This document shows, one piece after another, positions 32,942-41,415 of a stretch of 64,000 nucleotides of DNA. Numbering within the stretch: position 1 is the stretch's first letter; each line of letters opens with the position of its first letter. The notes under the pieces are model-generated. The model saw only the letters and a program-made list of their open reading frames with translations. It was not told the origin of the DNA and did not search any database. This DNA comes from Candidatus Nomurabacteria bacterium. GTDB lineage: Bacteria; Patescibacteriota; Minisyncoccia; Phycocordibacterales; UBA9973. The translations under genes were made by a program, and so were the position numbers. The stretch spans positions 12,780-76,779 of the forward strand of contig JBAXFQ010000001.1 in assembly GCA_037139835.1 (NCBI GenBank), written 5' to 3'.

Positions 32942-33015
32942 TGTCGGTGGGAAGACTTGAACTTCCTACCTCGGGCTTATGAGTCCCGCGCTCTAACCAG
33001 ATGAGCTACACCGAC
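32942..33015 (-). tRNA. tRNA with CAU anticodon (elongator Met or Ile2-lysidine type; 1:72 paired)
   Basis: Hand fold: GTCGGTG acceptor, loop CTCATAA and T-loop TTCAAGT. Confidence 0.7.
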
Positions 33016-33061
33016 ATTTTCAGCTTGGGACATAGTTTGGGGCCTGTCACATGCCTACTTG

Positions 33062-33132
33062 TTGCGGGACTTGGAATCGAACCAAGGTCTTAAGGTTATG
33101 AGCCTTACGAGATACCATTTCTCTATCCCGCT
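33062..33132 (-). tRNA. Initiator-like tRNA-fMet (CAU) with an A1xA72 mismatch and A73
   Basis: AGCGGGATAGAG...CTCATAA...GGTTCGATTCCAAGTCCCGCAA. The unpaired 1:72 position and the CGCAAC 3' end resemble bacterial initiator tRNA. Confidence 0.65.
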
Positions 33133-33242
33133 ATAATAATAAGAGATTTTCTTATATCTGACTATTATACTTAAAAATGTAGAATATGCAAATTGAAAAT
33201 ATAGATTATATATAGTACTATGGATTGAGTTTGAACTTATTA

Positions 33243-33314
33243 GCCGTCATAGCTTAGTGGCAAAGCACTCCCTTGGTAAGGGAGAGAGCGTGAGTCCGAT
33301 TCTCACTGACGGCT
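33243..33314 (+). tRNA. tRNA-Thr (GGU)
   Basis: Hand fold: acceptor GCCGTCA/TGACGGC and loop TTGGTAA. Confidence 0.8.
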
Positions 33315-33340
33315 CAAAAGATACCTAAGTATCTTTAAAG

Positions 33341-33384
33341 GTGTATTGCTCCTGTAAAGAGAGATTCTCACTGACGGCTCAAAA
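33341..33384 (+). pseudogene. Truncated pseudo-tRNA: a second copy of the last 23 nt of tRNA-Thr(GGU) (GATTCTCACTGACGGCTCAAAAG) preceded by a decayed anticodon-arm-like stretch
   Basis: An exact 23-nt repeat of positions 33298-33320, abutting the next tRNA. Confidence 0.55.
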
Positions 33385-33457
33385 GCCATCCTAGCTCACC
33401 TGGTAGAGCAATCCCTTCGTAAGGGATAGGTACCGAGTTCGAGTCTCGGGGATGGCT
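33385..33457 (+). tRNA. tRNA-Thr (CGU)
   Basis: Hand fold: acceptor GCCATCC/GGATGGC and loop TTCGTAA. Confidence 0.8.
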
Positions 33458-33534
33458 CCCATTTTCTTATGAGGTAGTTCGAATTTTGAAAATGCAGTAC
33501 TGTAAGTACTCATATTTATTAATTAATAAATTTT

Positions 33535-34581
33535 ATGATGAAAAAAATATCTAATGGTTCTAAAGTTTTCGAAGGCAGTAATGCAGTTACAGATTTTCTA
33601 ACTCCAGGATCTTTAGGAATGACCCCATTGGTAGAACTTCCATCATCTCTCAATAAATTCTCAAAAGATGGTGTTAGGATATTTGTAAAACTCATGCAAT
33701 TCGTTCCACTAGGAAATATAAAATCTATGCCTTCATGGCAGATGCTTTCTGGTATGAGTAAAGAAGATTTGAAATCCACTAAACATCTAGTTGAATACTC
33801 TTCAGGGAATACAGTTCTTTCTCTTGCTATATTATCTCGTCATTTTGGAATTCCAAATCTTCATGCGATTATTACCCCCGATGTACCTGAACACAAGAAG
33901 CGTCTTTTGAAGTTAGTCGGTGCCGACCTTATGATATCTCATGGCCCTCGTAGTCCTGATGTTCATAGTAATAAAGGAGGAGTATATGAAGCTAAACAAT
34001 TAGGTAAAAAGAAGGGGTGGCACAATCTAAATCAATATATCAATCCTGGAAATATAGGAGCAGGGGAAGAGTATGTAGCCAAAGAGCTTTGGTCTCAGCT
34101 AGGCGACAGACTTTCTATTTTTGCTGCGACCATTGGTACAGCTGGTACTATCTATGGAGCAGGTTCATATCTTAAATCTAAAAATAAAGATATATATGTG
34201 GCAGGTTCATCTATTAAAAAAGGTTCTTCTATTCCAGGCCCTCGTGTAGATGAAGCTATACTAAAGCTCGGTATTCCTTGGTATGACGTTGTTGATCAAG
34301 TTATACCTATCGATGCAGTGTCTGCCTATGAACGAAGTCTAGCTCTTATAAGGCTTGGTTTATTTGTTGGACCTTCGACTGGTATGCAGTTGGCAATGAT
34401 AGAAAAGATGATTAAAGAAATGAAAAGTAAAAAGACTTTAAATAAATATAGGAATAAAGATAAAGAGATAGTTATAGCTTTTGTTGCTTGCGATATGATG
34501 CATCCATATATAGATGATTACTTTTCTATACTTCCAAAAAAGTATTTTAAAGATGAACACAATTTAGAAAATAATAAATAA
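33535..34581 (+). CDS. PLP-dependent cysteine synthase-family enzyme (CysK/CysM-like)
   Basis: The N-terminus TPLVELP and the lysine context NIKSM align with CysK SVKDR. A Gly-rich loop TIGTAGTIYG is also present. Confidence 0.65.
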   Translation: MMKKISNGSKVFEGSNAVTDFLTPGSLGMTPLVELPSSLNKFSKDGVRIFVKLMQFVPLGNIKSMPSWQMLSGMSKEDLKSTKHLVEYSSGNTVLSLAILSRHFGIPNLHAIITPDVPEHKKRLLKLVGADLMISHGPRSPDVHSNKGGVYEAKQLGKKKGWHNLNQYINPGNIGAGEEYVAKELWSQLGDRLSIFAATIGTAGTIYGAGSYLKSKNKDIYVAGSSIKKGSSIPGPRVDEAILKLGIPWYDVVDQVIPIDAVSAYERSLALIRLGLFVGPSTGMQLAMIEKMIKEMKSKKTLNKYRNKDKEIVIAFVACDMMHPYIDDYFSILPKKYFKDEHNLENNK

Positions 34582-34604
34582 ATATATTTTGTTATAATAA
34601 AAAT

Positions 34605-35492
34605 ATGGAAAGAGAGAAAGATGATCTAAAAAAAGAACTAGAAATCTTAGAGGCAGAGATGATTAAGAATGATTTCTGGTCTGACAAATCTAAAGCCCAA
34701 GCTACTATCAAAAGAATAGGGGAACTTAAGGACGAAATTCTAGGAGGAGAGAAATACGATAAAGGCAATGCCATCATTTCTATTCTTTCTGGTGCTGGAG
34801 GTGATGATGCTGAAGATTTCTCTTCTCTGCTTTTACGAATGTATTTAAAATATATAGAGAGGAAAGGTTGGCAAGTGACACTTCTCCATGAGAATAAGAA
34901 TGATGTCGGTGGTTATAGAAATATCTCACTCGAAGTCAGTGGTAAGGGTGTATATGGAACACTCAAGAATGAATCAGGCGTTCATCGACTTGTACGCATT
35001 TCTCCTTTTAATGCTAAGGCTCTTCGTCATACATCTTTTTCTTTAGTGGAAGTTGTTCCTAAATTACAGAAAGATGATACTGTCATTGAGATAAGACCAG
35101 AAGATATGAGAATTGAATTTTCAAAGTCAGGTGGTCCTGGAGGTCAAAATGTAAACAAAAGAGAAACTGCCGTCAGGATAATTCACTTACCTACGAACAT
35201 GTCAGTCCATGTCACGACAGAGAGATCCCAAGAACAGAACAGAGAAAGAGCAATGGAAATACTAAAAGGCAGGCTTTATAAGAAAAAATTAGAAGATAAA
35301 TTAAAAGAAAAGGCTGGTCTCTCGACGACTAAAACCACAGAGATAGAATGGGGGAGCCAAATACGTTCATATGTCCTTCATCCATATAAGATGGTCAAGG
35401 ATCATAGGACAGGAGTAGAAGTAAATGATGTTGACGGAGTGCTCGAAAGTGGCATGATTGATGATTTTATTGTTGCAGAAATGAATATGTGA
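34605..35492 (+). CDS. prfB: Peptide chain release factor 2 (short form, no programmed frameshift)
   Basis: SPF tripeptide (ISPFNAK), the GGQ motif SGGPGGQNVNK and a C-terminus ending ...SQIRSYVLHPY. The ORF ends TGA-TAA. Confidence 0.85.
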   Translation: MEREKDDLKKELEILEAEMIKNDFWSDKSKAQATIKRIGELKDEILGGEKYDKGNAIISILSGAGGDDAEDFSSLLLRMYLKYIERKGWQVTLLHENKNDVGGYRNISLEVSGKGVYGTLKNESGVHRLVRISPFNAKALRHTSFSLVEVVPKLQKDDTVIEIRPEDMRIEFSKSGGPGGQNVNKRETAVRIIHLPTNMSVHVTTERSQEQNRERAMEILKGRLYKKKLEDKLKEKAGLSTTKTTEIEWGSQIRSYVLHPYKMVKDHRTGVEVNDVDGVLESGMIDDFIVAEMNM

Positions 35493-35508
35493 TAAAATTG
35501 TAGAATCG

Positions 35509-36186
35509 ATGATCTATTTTGATAATGTTACAAAAAAATACAAAGAAAATACTTCGCTGGAGGAAGTGACACTTTCTATCGCTCCAGGAGAATTCGTTTC
35601 TATTGTTGGTCATTCAGGTGCGGGTAAGACCACTTTAACTAAATTGATATTGGCTGAAGAAGCTCCTACTTCAGGAACTGTCTTTTTTGAGTCTACAGAT
35701 ATCCATAAACTTTCTAAGAATGATTTGATGAATTTTCGTCGTAAAGTTGGTATCGTTTTCCAGGATTTCCGTCTACTTCCGAATAGAACTGCCTATGAAA
35801 ATATCGCTTTTGCTATGGAAGCTACAGGGAAGAAAGATGAAGATATCATGGAAGATGTTCCTCATGTACTTGAGCTTGTAGATCTTACCAATAGAGCCTT
35901 TCATTTTCCTCACCAACTTTCTGGTGGAGAAAAACAACGCCTAGCCATTGCCCGAGCTATCATTACTCAACCAGATTTGATTATCGCTGACGAGCCTACA
36001 GGCAATCTGGATCCAGCTAATGCCATAGAAGTTATCAATATTCTTAAAAAGATAAATGATTTAGGTACTACTGTTATTTTGACTACTCACAATAAAAGTC
36101 TAGTGGATGGTATTAAAAAACGCGTCATAACTCTAGAGAATGGACGTGTGATAAGAGATGATAAAGAGGGTAAGTATATGCTATAA
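35509..36186 (+). CDS. ftsE: Cell-division ABC ATPase FtsE
   Basis: Walker A GHSGAGKTT, signature LSGGEKQRLAIARA and Walker B IIADEPTGNLD. Confidence 0.88.
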   Translation: MIYFDNVTKKYKENTSLEEVTLSIAPGEFVSIVGHSGAGKTTLTKLILAEEAPTSGTVFFESTDIHKLSKNDLMNFRRKVGIVFQDFRLLPNRTAYENIAFAMEATGKKDEDIMEDVPHVLELVDLTNRAFHFPHQLSGGEKQRLAIARAIITQPDLIIADEPTGNLDPANAIEVINILKKINDLGTTVILTTHNKSLVDGIKKRVITLENGRVIRDDKEGKYML

Positions 36187-36195
36187 TCAAAATAT

Positions 36196-37116
36196 ATGTT
36201 AATACACGCAAAAAGAATAATAAGAACAGGTTGGAATAGTTTCGTACGTAGCGGATTTACTTCGATAGCTAGTATTCTCATCATGACCATTACTCTCTTT
36301 GTGATGACTTCTCTTATTTTTGTTCAAGCATCACTTAATGCATCTTTAAATGAAATTAAAGACAAAGTAGATGTCACTATTTATTTCGTTCCTGGAGCTG
36401 ATGAAACTTCTATTTTGAAAGTCGAGGATTCTTTAAAGAAATTACCTGAAATTAAAACTATATCTTACACTTCTGCTACAGAGGCATTGTCTAATTTTAA
36501 AGATAAGCATTCTAATGATTACCTTACTTTACAAGCTTTAGATGAGCTCAACGATAATCCACTAGGAGCATCTCTAAATATAAAAGCCAATGATCCTTCA
36601 CAGTATGAGAGCATTTCTAAATATTTTGAGAATGATAATGCATTATCAAAAGGCGCTCTAACTATCATAGACAAGATAGATTATAGTCAAAATAAAATAG
36701 TCATTGATAGACTTACTTCTATAATAACTGGAGCAAAGAATCTGGGATTTGCCGTTTCTATCGTTCTTATAATTATCTCTATAATCATAACTTTCAATAC
36801 AATACGCTTGATAATCTTTATGTCCAAAGATGAGATTGCTGTTATGAGGCTTGTCGGAGCAGGTACAAAATACGTCCAGGGTCCATTTATCGTTTCTGGT
36901 ATTTTAGTTGGAGTATGTGCGGCTCTTCTGACTATTCTTATTTTCATCCCAGTTTCTATATGGCTAGGTAATAATATGACTGACTTCATTGGAATTAATT
37001 TATATCAATATTATAAATCAAATTTCTTGCAGTTATTTATTATCATGTTAGGTTTTGGCATTGCGCTTGGAAGTATTTCAAGTTTCTTTGCTATTAGTCG
37101 TTATCTAAGAAAATAA
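36196..37116 (+). CDS. ftsX: Cell-division permease FtsX
   Basis: Four TM helices with a large first periplasmic loop; directly follows ftsE. Confidence 0.8.
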   Translation: MLIHAKRIIRTGWNSFVRSGFTSIASILIMTITLFVMTSLIFVQASLNASLNEIKDKVDVTIYFVPGADETSILKVEDSLKKLPEIKTISYTSATEALSNFKDKHSNDYLTLQALDELNDNPLGASLNIKANDPSQYESISKYFENDNALSKGALTIIDKIDYSQNKIVIDRLTSIITGAKNLGFAVSIVLIIISIIITFNTIRLIIFMSKDEIAVMRLVGAGTKYVQGPFIVSGILVGVCAALLTILIFIPVSIWLGNNMTDFIGINLYQYYKSNFLQLFIIMLGFGIALGSISSFFAISRYLRK

Positions 37117-37119
37117 AAT

Positions 37120-38811
37120 ATGGAAAAATCATCTGAATTAAAGCTAGAGAGTAAATTATCTAACTGTAAGTATATTTTCGTTGTAGGTGGAGTTATATCA
37201 GGAGTGGGGAAGGGTATTACTGCTTCATCTATTGCACGTATTCTTTCAGATAGAGGCCAACGTGTCACAGCTATCAAGATTGATCCATATATCAATATAG
37301 ATGCAGGTACGATGAATCCTACTGAGCATGGCGAAGTTTTTGTACTTGATGATGGAGATGAGACAGACCAAGACATGGGTAACTATGAAAGATTTTTAGG
37401 AGTTGACCTATCTCGTGCGAATTATATGACGACTGGGCGAGTCTATCAAAGCGTTATCGAACGCGAGAGGAATCTAGAGTATAAAGGAGCTTGTGTGCAA
37501 GTCGTTCCTCACATACCACTTGAGGTTATTCATCGTATTGAGAATGCTCGCGATAAGGCCAATGCCGATGTTGTCTTGATAGAGATAGGTGGTACTGTCG
37601 GTGAATATGAAAATATTCTTTTCCTTGAAGCCGCTCGTATTATGAAACTTCGCAAGCCAAATAGTGTTTTCTTTGTGATGGTTTCTTACTTACCTGTACC
37701 TGGAAATATCGGAGAGATGAAGACAAAGCCTACCCAGCATGCAGTGAGAACTTTAAATTCTTCTGGAATTCAACCAGATATTATAATAGCCAGAAGTAAG
37801 ATGCCACTAGATGATAAGAGAAAGGAGAAGCTTTCTATGTTTTGTAATGTTCCTGTTGATCACGTCATTTCAGCTCCAGATGTAGATAGTGTTTATGATA
37901 TTCCTATAAACTTTGAGAAGGAAGGCTTGGGGGATATGATCTGCGGCACTGTCGGTATGACTTGTGGTCCAGCCATAAATGAAGGATCGGCAAAGTGGAA
38001 AAAGTTTGCAAAATCAACCCATGTAAAAAATAATGAGATAAAGATAGCTATAGTTGGTAAATATTTTAATACAGGAGACTTCACTCTTTCTGATTCATAT
38101 CTTTCTGTTATAGAAGCTATTAAATATTCTGGATATGCAGCTGGTAGTAAGCCCACTCTTACTTGGATATCATCTATGGACTTCGAGAAGGATCCAAAAA
38201 AAATAAAAGAACTTTCTAAATATGATGGTATTATAGTCCCTGGTGGATTTGGCTCTCGTGGAATAGAAGGTATTCTAAAAACAATTGAATATGCTCGTAA
38301 GAACAATATACCTTATTTCGGTTTGTGCTATGGAATGCAATTGATGGTTATCGAATATGCTAGAAATGTACTAGGACTTAAAGATGCAAATACTCGCGAG
38401 GTAGATCCTAGTTCAAAGAATATTGTTATCGATATAATGGAAGATCAAAAAGATAAATTAGAAAAGAAAAATATGGGAGGTAGTATGCGCTTAGGTGCAT
38501 ACCCTGCAAGTTTAAAGAAGGGTACTGTTGCTCATAAGGCTTATGGTGCTGCAGAAATATCAGAACGTCATAGACATCGCTATGAGGTCAATAATGCTTA
38601 CAGAGAGGCCATAGAGGGTGCTGGATTAGTGTTCTCGGGGCTTTCCCCAGACGGAAAGCTTTGTGAAATAGCCGAACTTCCTGCAGGTAAGCATCCTTTT
38701 TTCTTGGGTACACAATTCCATCCAGAGTTTAAAGCTAGACCTCTCTCTCCACATCCTTTATTTACGGCTTTTATAAAAGCTTGTCAGAAAAAAATAGGTT
38801 CTAGTAAATAG
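37120..38811 (+). CDS. pyrG: CTP synthase
   Basis: YIFVVGGVISGVGKGITASS N-terminus and a glutamine amidotransferase C-domain with GLCYGMQ. Confidence 0.92.
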   Translation: MEKSSELKLESKLSNCKYIFVVGGVISGVGKGITASSIARILSDRGQRVTAIKIDPYINIDAGTMNPTEHGEVFVLDDGDETDQDMGNYERFLGVDLSRANYMTTGRVYQSVIERERNLEYKGACVQVVPHIPLEVIHRIENARDKANADVVLIEIGGTVGEYENILFLEAARIMKLRKPNSVFFVMVSYLPVPGNIGEMKTKPTQHAVRTLNSSGIQPDIIIARSKMPLDDKRKEKLSMFCNVPVDHVISAPDVDSVYDIPINFEKEGLGDMICGTVGMTCGPAINEGSAKWKKFAKSTHVKNNEIKIAIVGKYFNTGDFTLSDSYLSVIEAIKYSGYAAGSKPTLTWISSMDFEKDPKKIKELSKYDGIIVPGGFGSRGIEGILKTIEYARKNNIPYFGLCYGMQLMVIEYARNVLGLKDANTREVDPSSKNIVIDIMEDQKDKLEKKNMGGSMRLGAYPASLKKGTVAHKAYGAAEISERHRHRYEVNNAYREAIEGAGLVFSGLSPDGKLCEIAELPAGKHPFFLGTQFHPEFKARPLSPHPLFTAFIKACQKKIGSSK

Positions 38812-38825
38812 TTTCTAGTGAGTAG

Positions 38826-38862
38826 TAAAATCCCCGCAAACTTCGTTTGCGGGGATTTTAAG
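38826..38862 (+). terminator. Rho-independent terminator after pyrG
   Basis: aaaatccccgcaaac ttcg tttgcggggatttt. Confidence 0.75.
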
Positions 38863-38899
38863 GATTTTTACTATTCACTAATCACTAACTTACAAATCA

Positions 38900-39625
38900 C
38901 TAATTCAGTTCATCTGCACCGTCTCTTATTTTACTCGTACGAACTATTTCTAATATTTTATCTACATCATCAGTAATTATAAATCTTTCTAAGTCAGAAG
39001 GAGATATAGTTTTATATTTTTCCACCATCGATTCTTCAAGTAACTTTTTGATAGGATTCCAGAATTCTGTTCCAAATAGTATTACTGGTATTGGTCCTAC
39101 TTTTCCAGTCTGTAGGTGTGTGAGCATTTCGAAGAATTCATACATTGTTCCTGTTCCTCCTGCACAGTAGACTACTGCTTCTGTCGTATATTGCATTGAT
39201 ACTTGTCTAGCAAAGAAGAAATGAAATGGTACTTCTTTCGTTACATATTTGTTTGTATTTTGTTCTTTTGGAAGTCTGATTGTTAATCCGACGGATTCTA
39301 TTCCAGCATCAAACGCACCTTTGTTAGCAGCTTCCATGATTCCTCCACCTCCGCCAGATATTATCACATAGCCTAATTCTTTTGCTATTCTGTATGACAA
39401 ATTGTAAGCGTTCATGTAGTCAGGGTGATCGGGCTTAAGTCTAGCTGATCCGTAGAAAGTAACTGAAGGTCCAAGTTCTTTTACAGTATCTATTCCTTCA
39501 CGAAACTCTTCTTGTATCATACATAGCTTTGTCTCTTCTCCGTCTCCACCTGTAAGAGTCATACACCCATTTTTAATATCATCTGTGGTTATATGTCTAG
39601 GTTCATATTTTATTTCTGTATTCAT
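38900..39625 (-). CDS. LOG-family protein (cytokinin riboside 5'-monophosphate phosphoribohydrolase / nucleotide 5'-monophosphate nucleosidase-like)
   Basis: GGGGGIMEAANKGA and PGGTGTMYEF, the LOG/TIGR00730 signatures. Confidence 0.78.
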   Translation of the reverse strand: MNTEIKYEPRHITTDDIKNGCMTLTGGDGEETKLCMIQEEFREGIDTVKELGPSVTFYGSARLKPDHPDYMNAYNLSYRIAKELGYVIISGGGGGIMEAANKGAFDAGIESVGLTIRLPKEQNTNKYVTKEVPFHFFFARQVSMQYTTEAVVYCAGGTGTMYEFFEMLTHLQTGKVGPIPVILFGTEFWNPIKKLLEESMVEKYKTISPSDLERFIITDDVDKILEIVRTSKIRDGADELN

Positions 39626-39855
39626 CCCGTTTAGAAGCAGGTCGTGGTCATTATTTTAATAAAGACTAACGTGCTTATTTTATTATAAGTAATTAAATAA
39701 TATTACAATCCACATTATTCACCATGACCGCGGCTTCTAACGGGATTCATAACCCCAATTCTACCTTAAAAATCTGATGTTTCCAAACTGTATTTTTGTA
39801 TAAGAATAATGGTCTAATGGTAGGAAAAATATCTCATTATTGATATAATATAAAT

Positions 39856-40557
39856 ATGCCAAGTAATTGGAATAGGGGATTAACTAAAGAAAATAATAAT
39901 TCTGTTAAGAAAATATCTGAAACAATGAAAAATAAACACATTGATAATTTTTACCATTGGAGAGAAAAAATGAAAAAAGAAGGTAAAATTAAATCAATTT
40001 ATCTACCTTTTAAAAAGAATGGAGATTTAGCAGAATTAATTGGTGTGACGCTAGGAGATGGTCATCTTTGTGTATATCCAAGAACAGAAGAATTAAGAAT
40101 AATATCAAATTCAAAAAATACTGGTTTTATTGAAAGATACTCAATTATTTTAGAGAAAGTTTTTAAGAAAAAACCTTATATTATAAATTCAAAAATTAGT
40201 AATTCAACAAGAATTGGTCTTTACGAAAAGAACATTAGTGAAAGAATACAAATTCCTACAGGAGCACGTAAAAATATAGTTATTATTGTTCCTGACTGGA
40301 TTTTAAGAGATAAAAAGTATATAGTAAGGTATCTGCGAGGTTTATACGAAGCAGAGGGAAGTTTTAATGTTCATAGCTCTACTTATACTTATAAATTTTC
40401 ATTTTCTAACAGTAATGAATCAATGCTCAATAATGTATTTGATTTAATGAAAGTTATTGGTTTTAACCCGCATAAAAGTAAAAACCAGATTCAAATTTCA
40501 AGGAAAGAAGAAGTGTATAAGGCAATGAAAATATTAAAATTCAGAGACTATAAATAA
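39856..40557 (+). CDS. Free-standing LAGLIDADG-family homing endonuclease-like protein
   Basis: Two LAGLIDADG-type motifs, LIGVTLGDGHL and LRGLYEAEGSF, about 100 aa apart. A TATAAT lies 6 nt before the ATG. Confidence 0.6.
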   Translation: MPSNWNRGLTKENNNSVKKISETMKNKHIDNFYHWREKMKKEGKIKSIYLPFKKNGDLAELIGVTLGDGHLCVYPRTEELRIISNSKNTGFIERYSIILEKVFKKKPYIINSKISNSTRIGLYEKNISERIQIPTGARKNIVIIVPDWILRDKKYIVRYLRGLYEAEGSFNVHSSTYTYKFSFSNSNESMLNNVFDLMKVIGFNPHKSKNQIQISRKEEVYKAMKILKFRDYK

Positions 40558-40563
40558 ATATTT

Positions 40564-40634
40564 TGCTGGTTGGTGTAATGGTAGCACGTCTCCCTCTGGA
40601 GGAGAAAATTGGGGTTCGAGTCCCTGACCGGCAG
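40564..40634 (+). tRNA. tRNA-Gln (CUG)
   Basis: Hand fold: U1-A72 acceptor TGCTGGT/ACCGGCA, G73, and anticodon stem TCTCC/GGAGA with loop CTCTGGA. The listed ORF 40563..40802 is spurious. Confidence 0.75.
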
Positions 40635-40643
40635 CAAAATGAA

Positions 40644-40677
40644 AATCCGCTTGTTAAAGCGGTATTTTCTTTTTTTG
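40644..40677 (+). terminator. Rho-independent terminator after tRNA-Gln
   Basis: ccgctt gtta aagcgg followed by TATTTTCTTTTTTTG. Confidence 0.6.
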
Positions 40678-40794
40678 TTACCGGTAACGAGCAAACTTCT
40701 TTGCTCGTGTCAGGGACGAGAAAGACTTTTCTGTGGTTTGTTTACAAACCTAGAAAAGTACCAGCGACCGTAGGGCGAGAGAAGTGTATTCACA

Positions 40795-40839
40795 GTCCCT
40801 GACCGGCAGCAAGGGTTTTAAATATTAATTTGGTATAAT
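40795..40839 (+). promoter_or_regulatory. Box P0: an exact 17-nt copy of the tRNA-Gln 3' end (GTCCCTGACCGGCAGCA), then 22 nt, an extended -10 TGGTATAAT, 6 nt and the ATG of the downstream gene
   Basis: Direct comparison with tRNA positions 40618-40634. Confidence 0.6.
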
Positions 40840-40845
40840 ACAATA

Positions 40846-41325
40846 ATGATAATTTTTATTAATGGTTCAATAAATTCTGGCAAAACTACAGTCTCTAAAA
40901 TATTAGCTTATAAACTTTCTAATGTAGCTTTAATAGAAATTGATTCACTTAGAGAAATGATTGATTGGATGCCACTCAATGAAGCAATTCCTATTAATTT
41001 AGAAAATACAATTTCATTAATCAAAAATTTTTCTAATAAAAATTTAAATACAATTATTCCATATCCTTTATCTAAGAAAAACTACGATTTCATTTTAAAT
41101 GAACTTAAAGATATAAATACGAAAATCTATACCTTCACATTAGCTCCAAAACTTGAGACGGTTCTCATTAATAGGGGAACCAGAGAATTAGATGACAGTG
41201 AACGTGAAAGAATTAAGTATCATTATAATATAGGAATACATAAGCCTATTTTTGGAGAAATTATAGATAACAGTAATCAAACACCTGAAGAAACCGCTAA
41301 TTTTATCTTATCTAAAATATCTTAA
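40846..41325 (+). CDS. P-loop NTPase / small-molecule kinase-like protein
   Basis: Walker A GSINSGKTT within 10 aa of the N-terminus. At 159 aa it resembles shikimate/chloramphenicol-phosphotransferase-type kinases. Confidence 0.55.
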   Translation: MIIFINGSINSGKTTVSKILAYKLSNVALIEIDSLREMIDWMPLNEAIPINLENTISLIKNFSNKNLNTIIPYPLSKKNYDFILNELKDINTKIYTFTLAPKLETVLINRGTRELDDSERERIKYHYNIGIHKPIFGEIIDNSNQTPEETANFILSKIS

Positions 41326-41351
41326 TTTTATCCTCATTTTCTATCAAAATA

Positions 41352-41409
41352 GGTTCCAACTTCGTCCCAGACGGTCAGCAACGACTTTTTGAACTAGGTT
41401 TGATATAAT
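41352..41409 (+). promoter_or_regulatory. Box P1: a tRNA-Gln-3'-end-like element (GGTTCcaacttcGTCCCAGACGGTCAGCA), then 23 nt, TGATATAAT, 6 nt and ATG
   Basis: It matches the tRNA 3' end at 14 of 17 positions and shares a GGTTC T-loop start. Confidence 0.55.
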
Positions 41410-41415
41410 AATTGT

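Noticed and set aside
34560-34640. Programmed +1 frameshift site for prfB
   Set aside because: I looked for a short upstream ORF ending in CUU-UGA and found none; the upstream gene ends 23 nt before the prfB ATG. I conclude prfB is not frameshift-regulated here.
39700-39790. GC-rich segment (accatgaccgcggcttctaacgggattcataacccc) initially suspected to be a tRNA or tRNA fragment
   Set aside because: It cannot be folded into an acceptor/T-arm structure. It is better explained as one arm of the long-range inverted repeat upstream of the LOG gene.
40563-40802. 79-aa ORF (MLVGVMVARLPLEEKIGV...) spanning tRNA-Gln and the hairpin-rich region downstream
   Set aside because: It coincides with a well-formed tRNA-Gln cloverleaf plus terminator and hairpins. 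Its amino-acid sequence is just the tRNA read in frame, so it is a spurious ORF.
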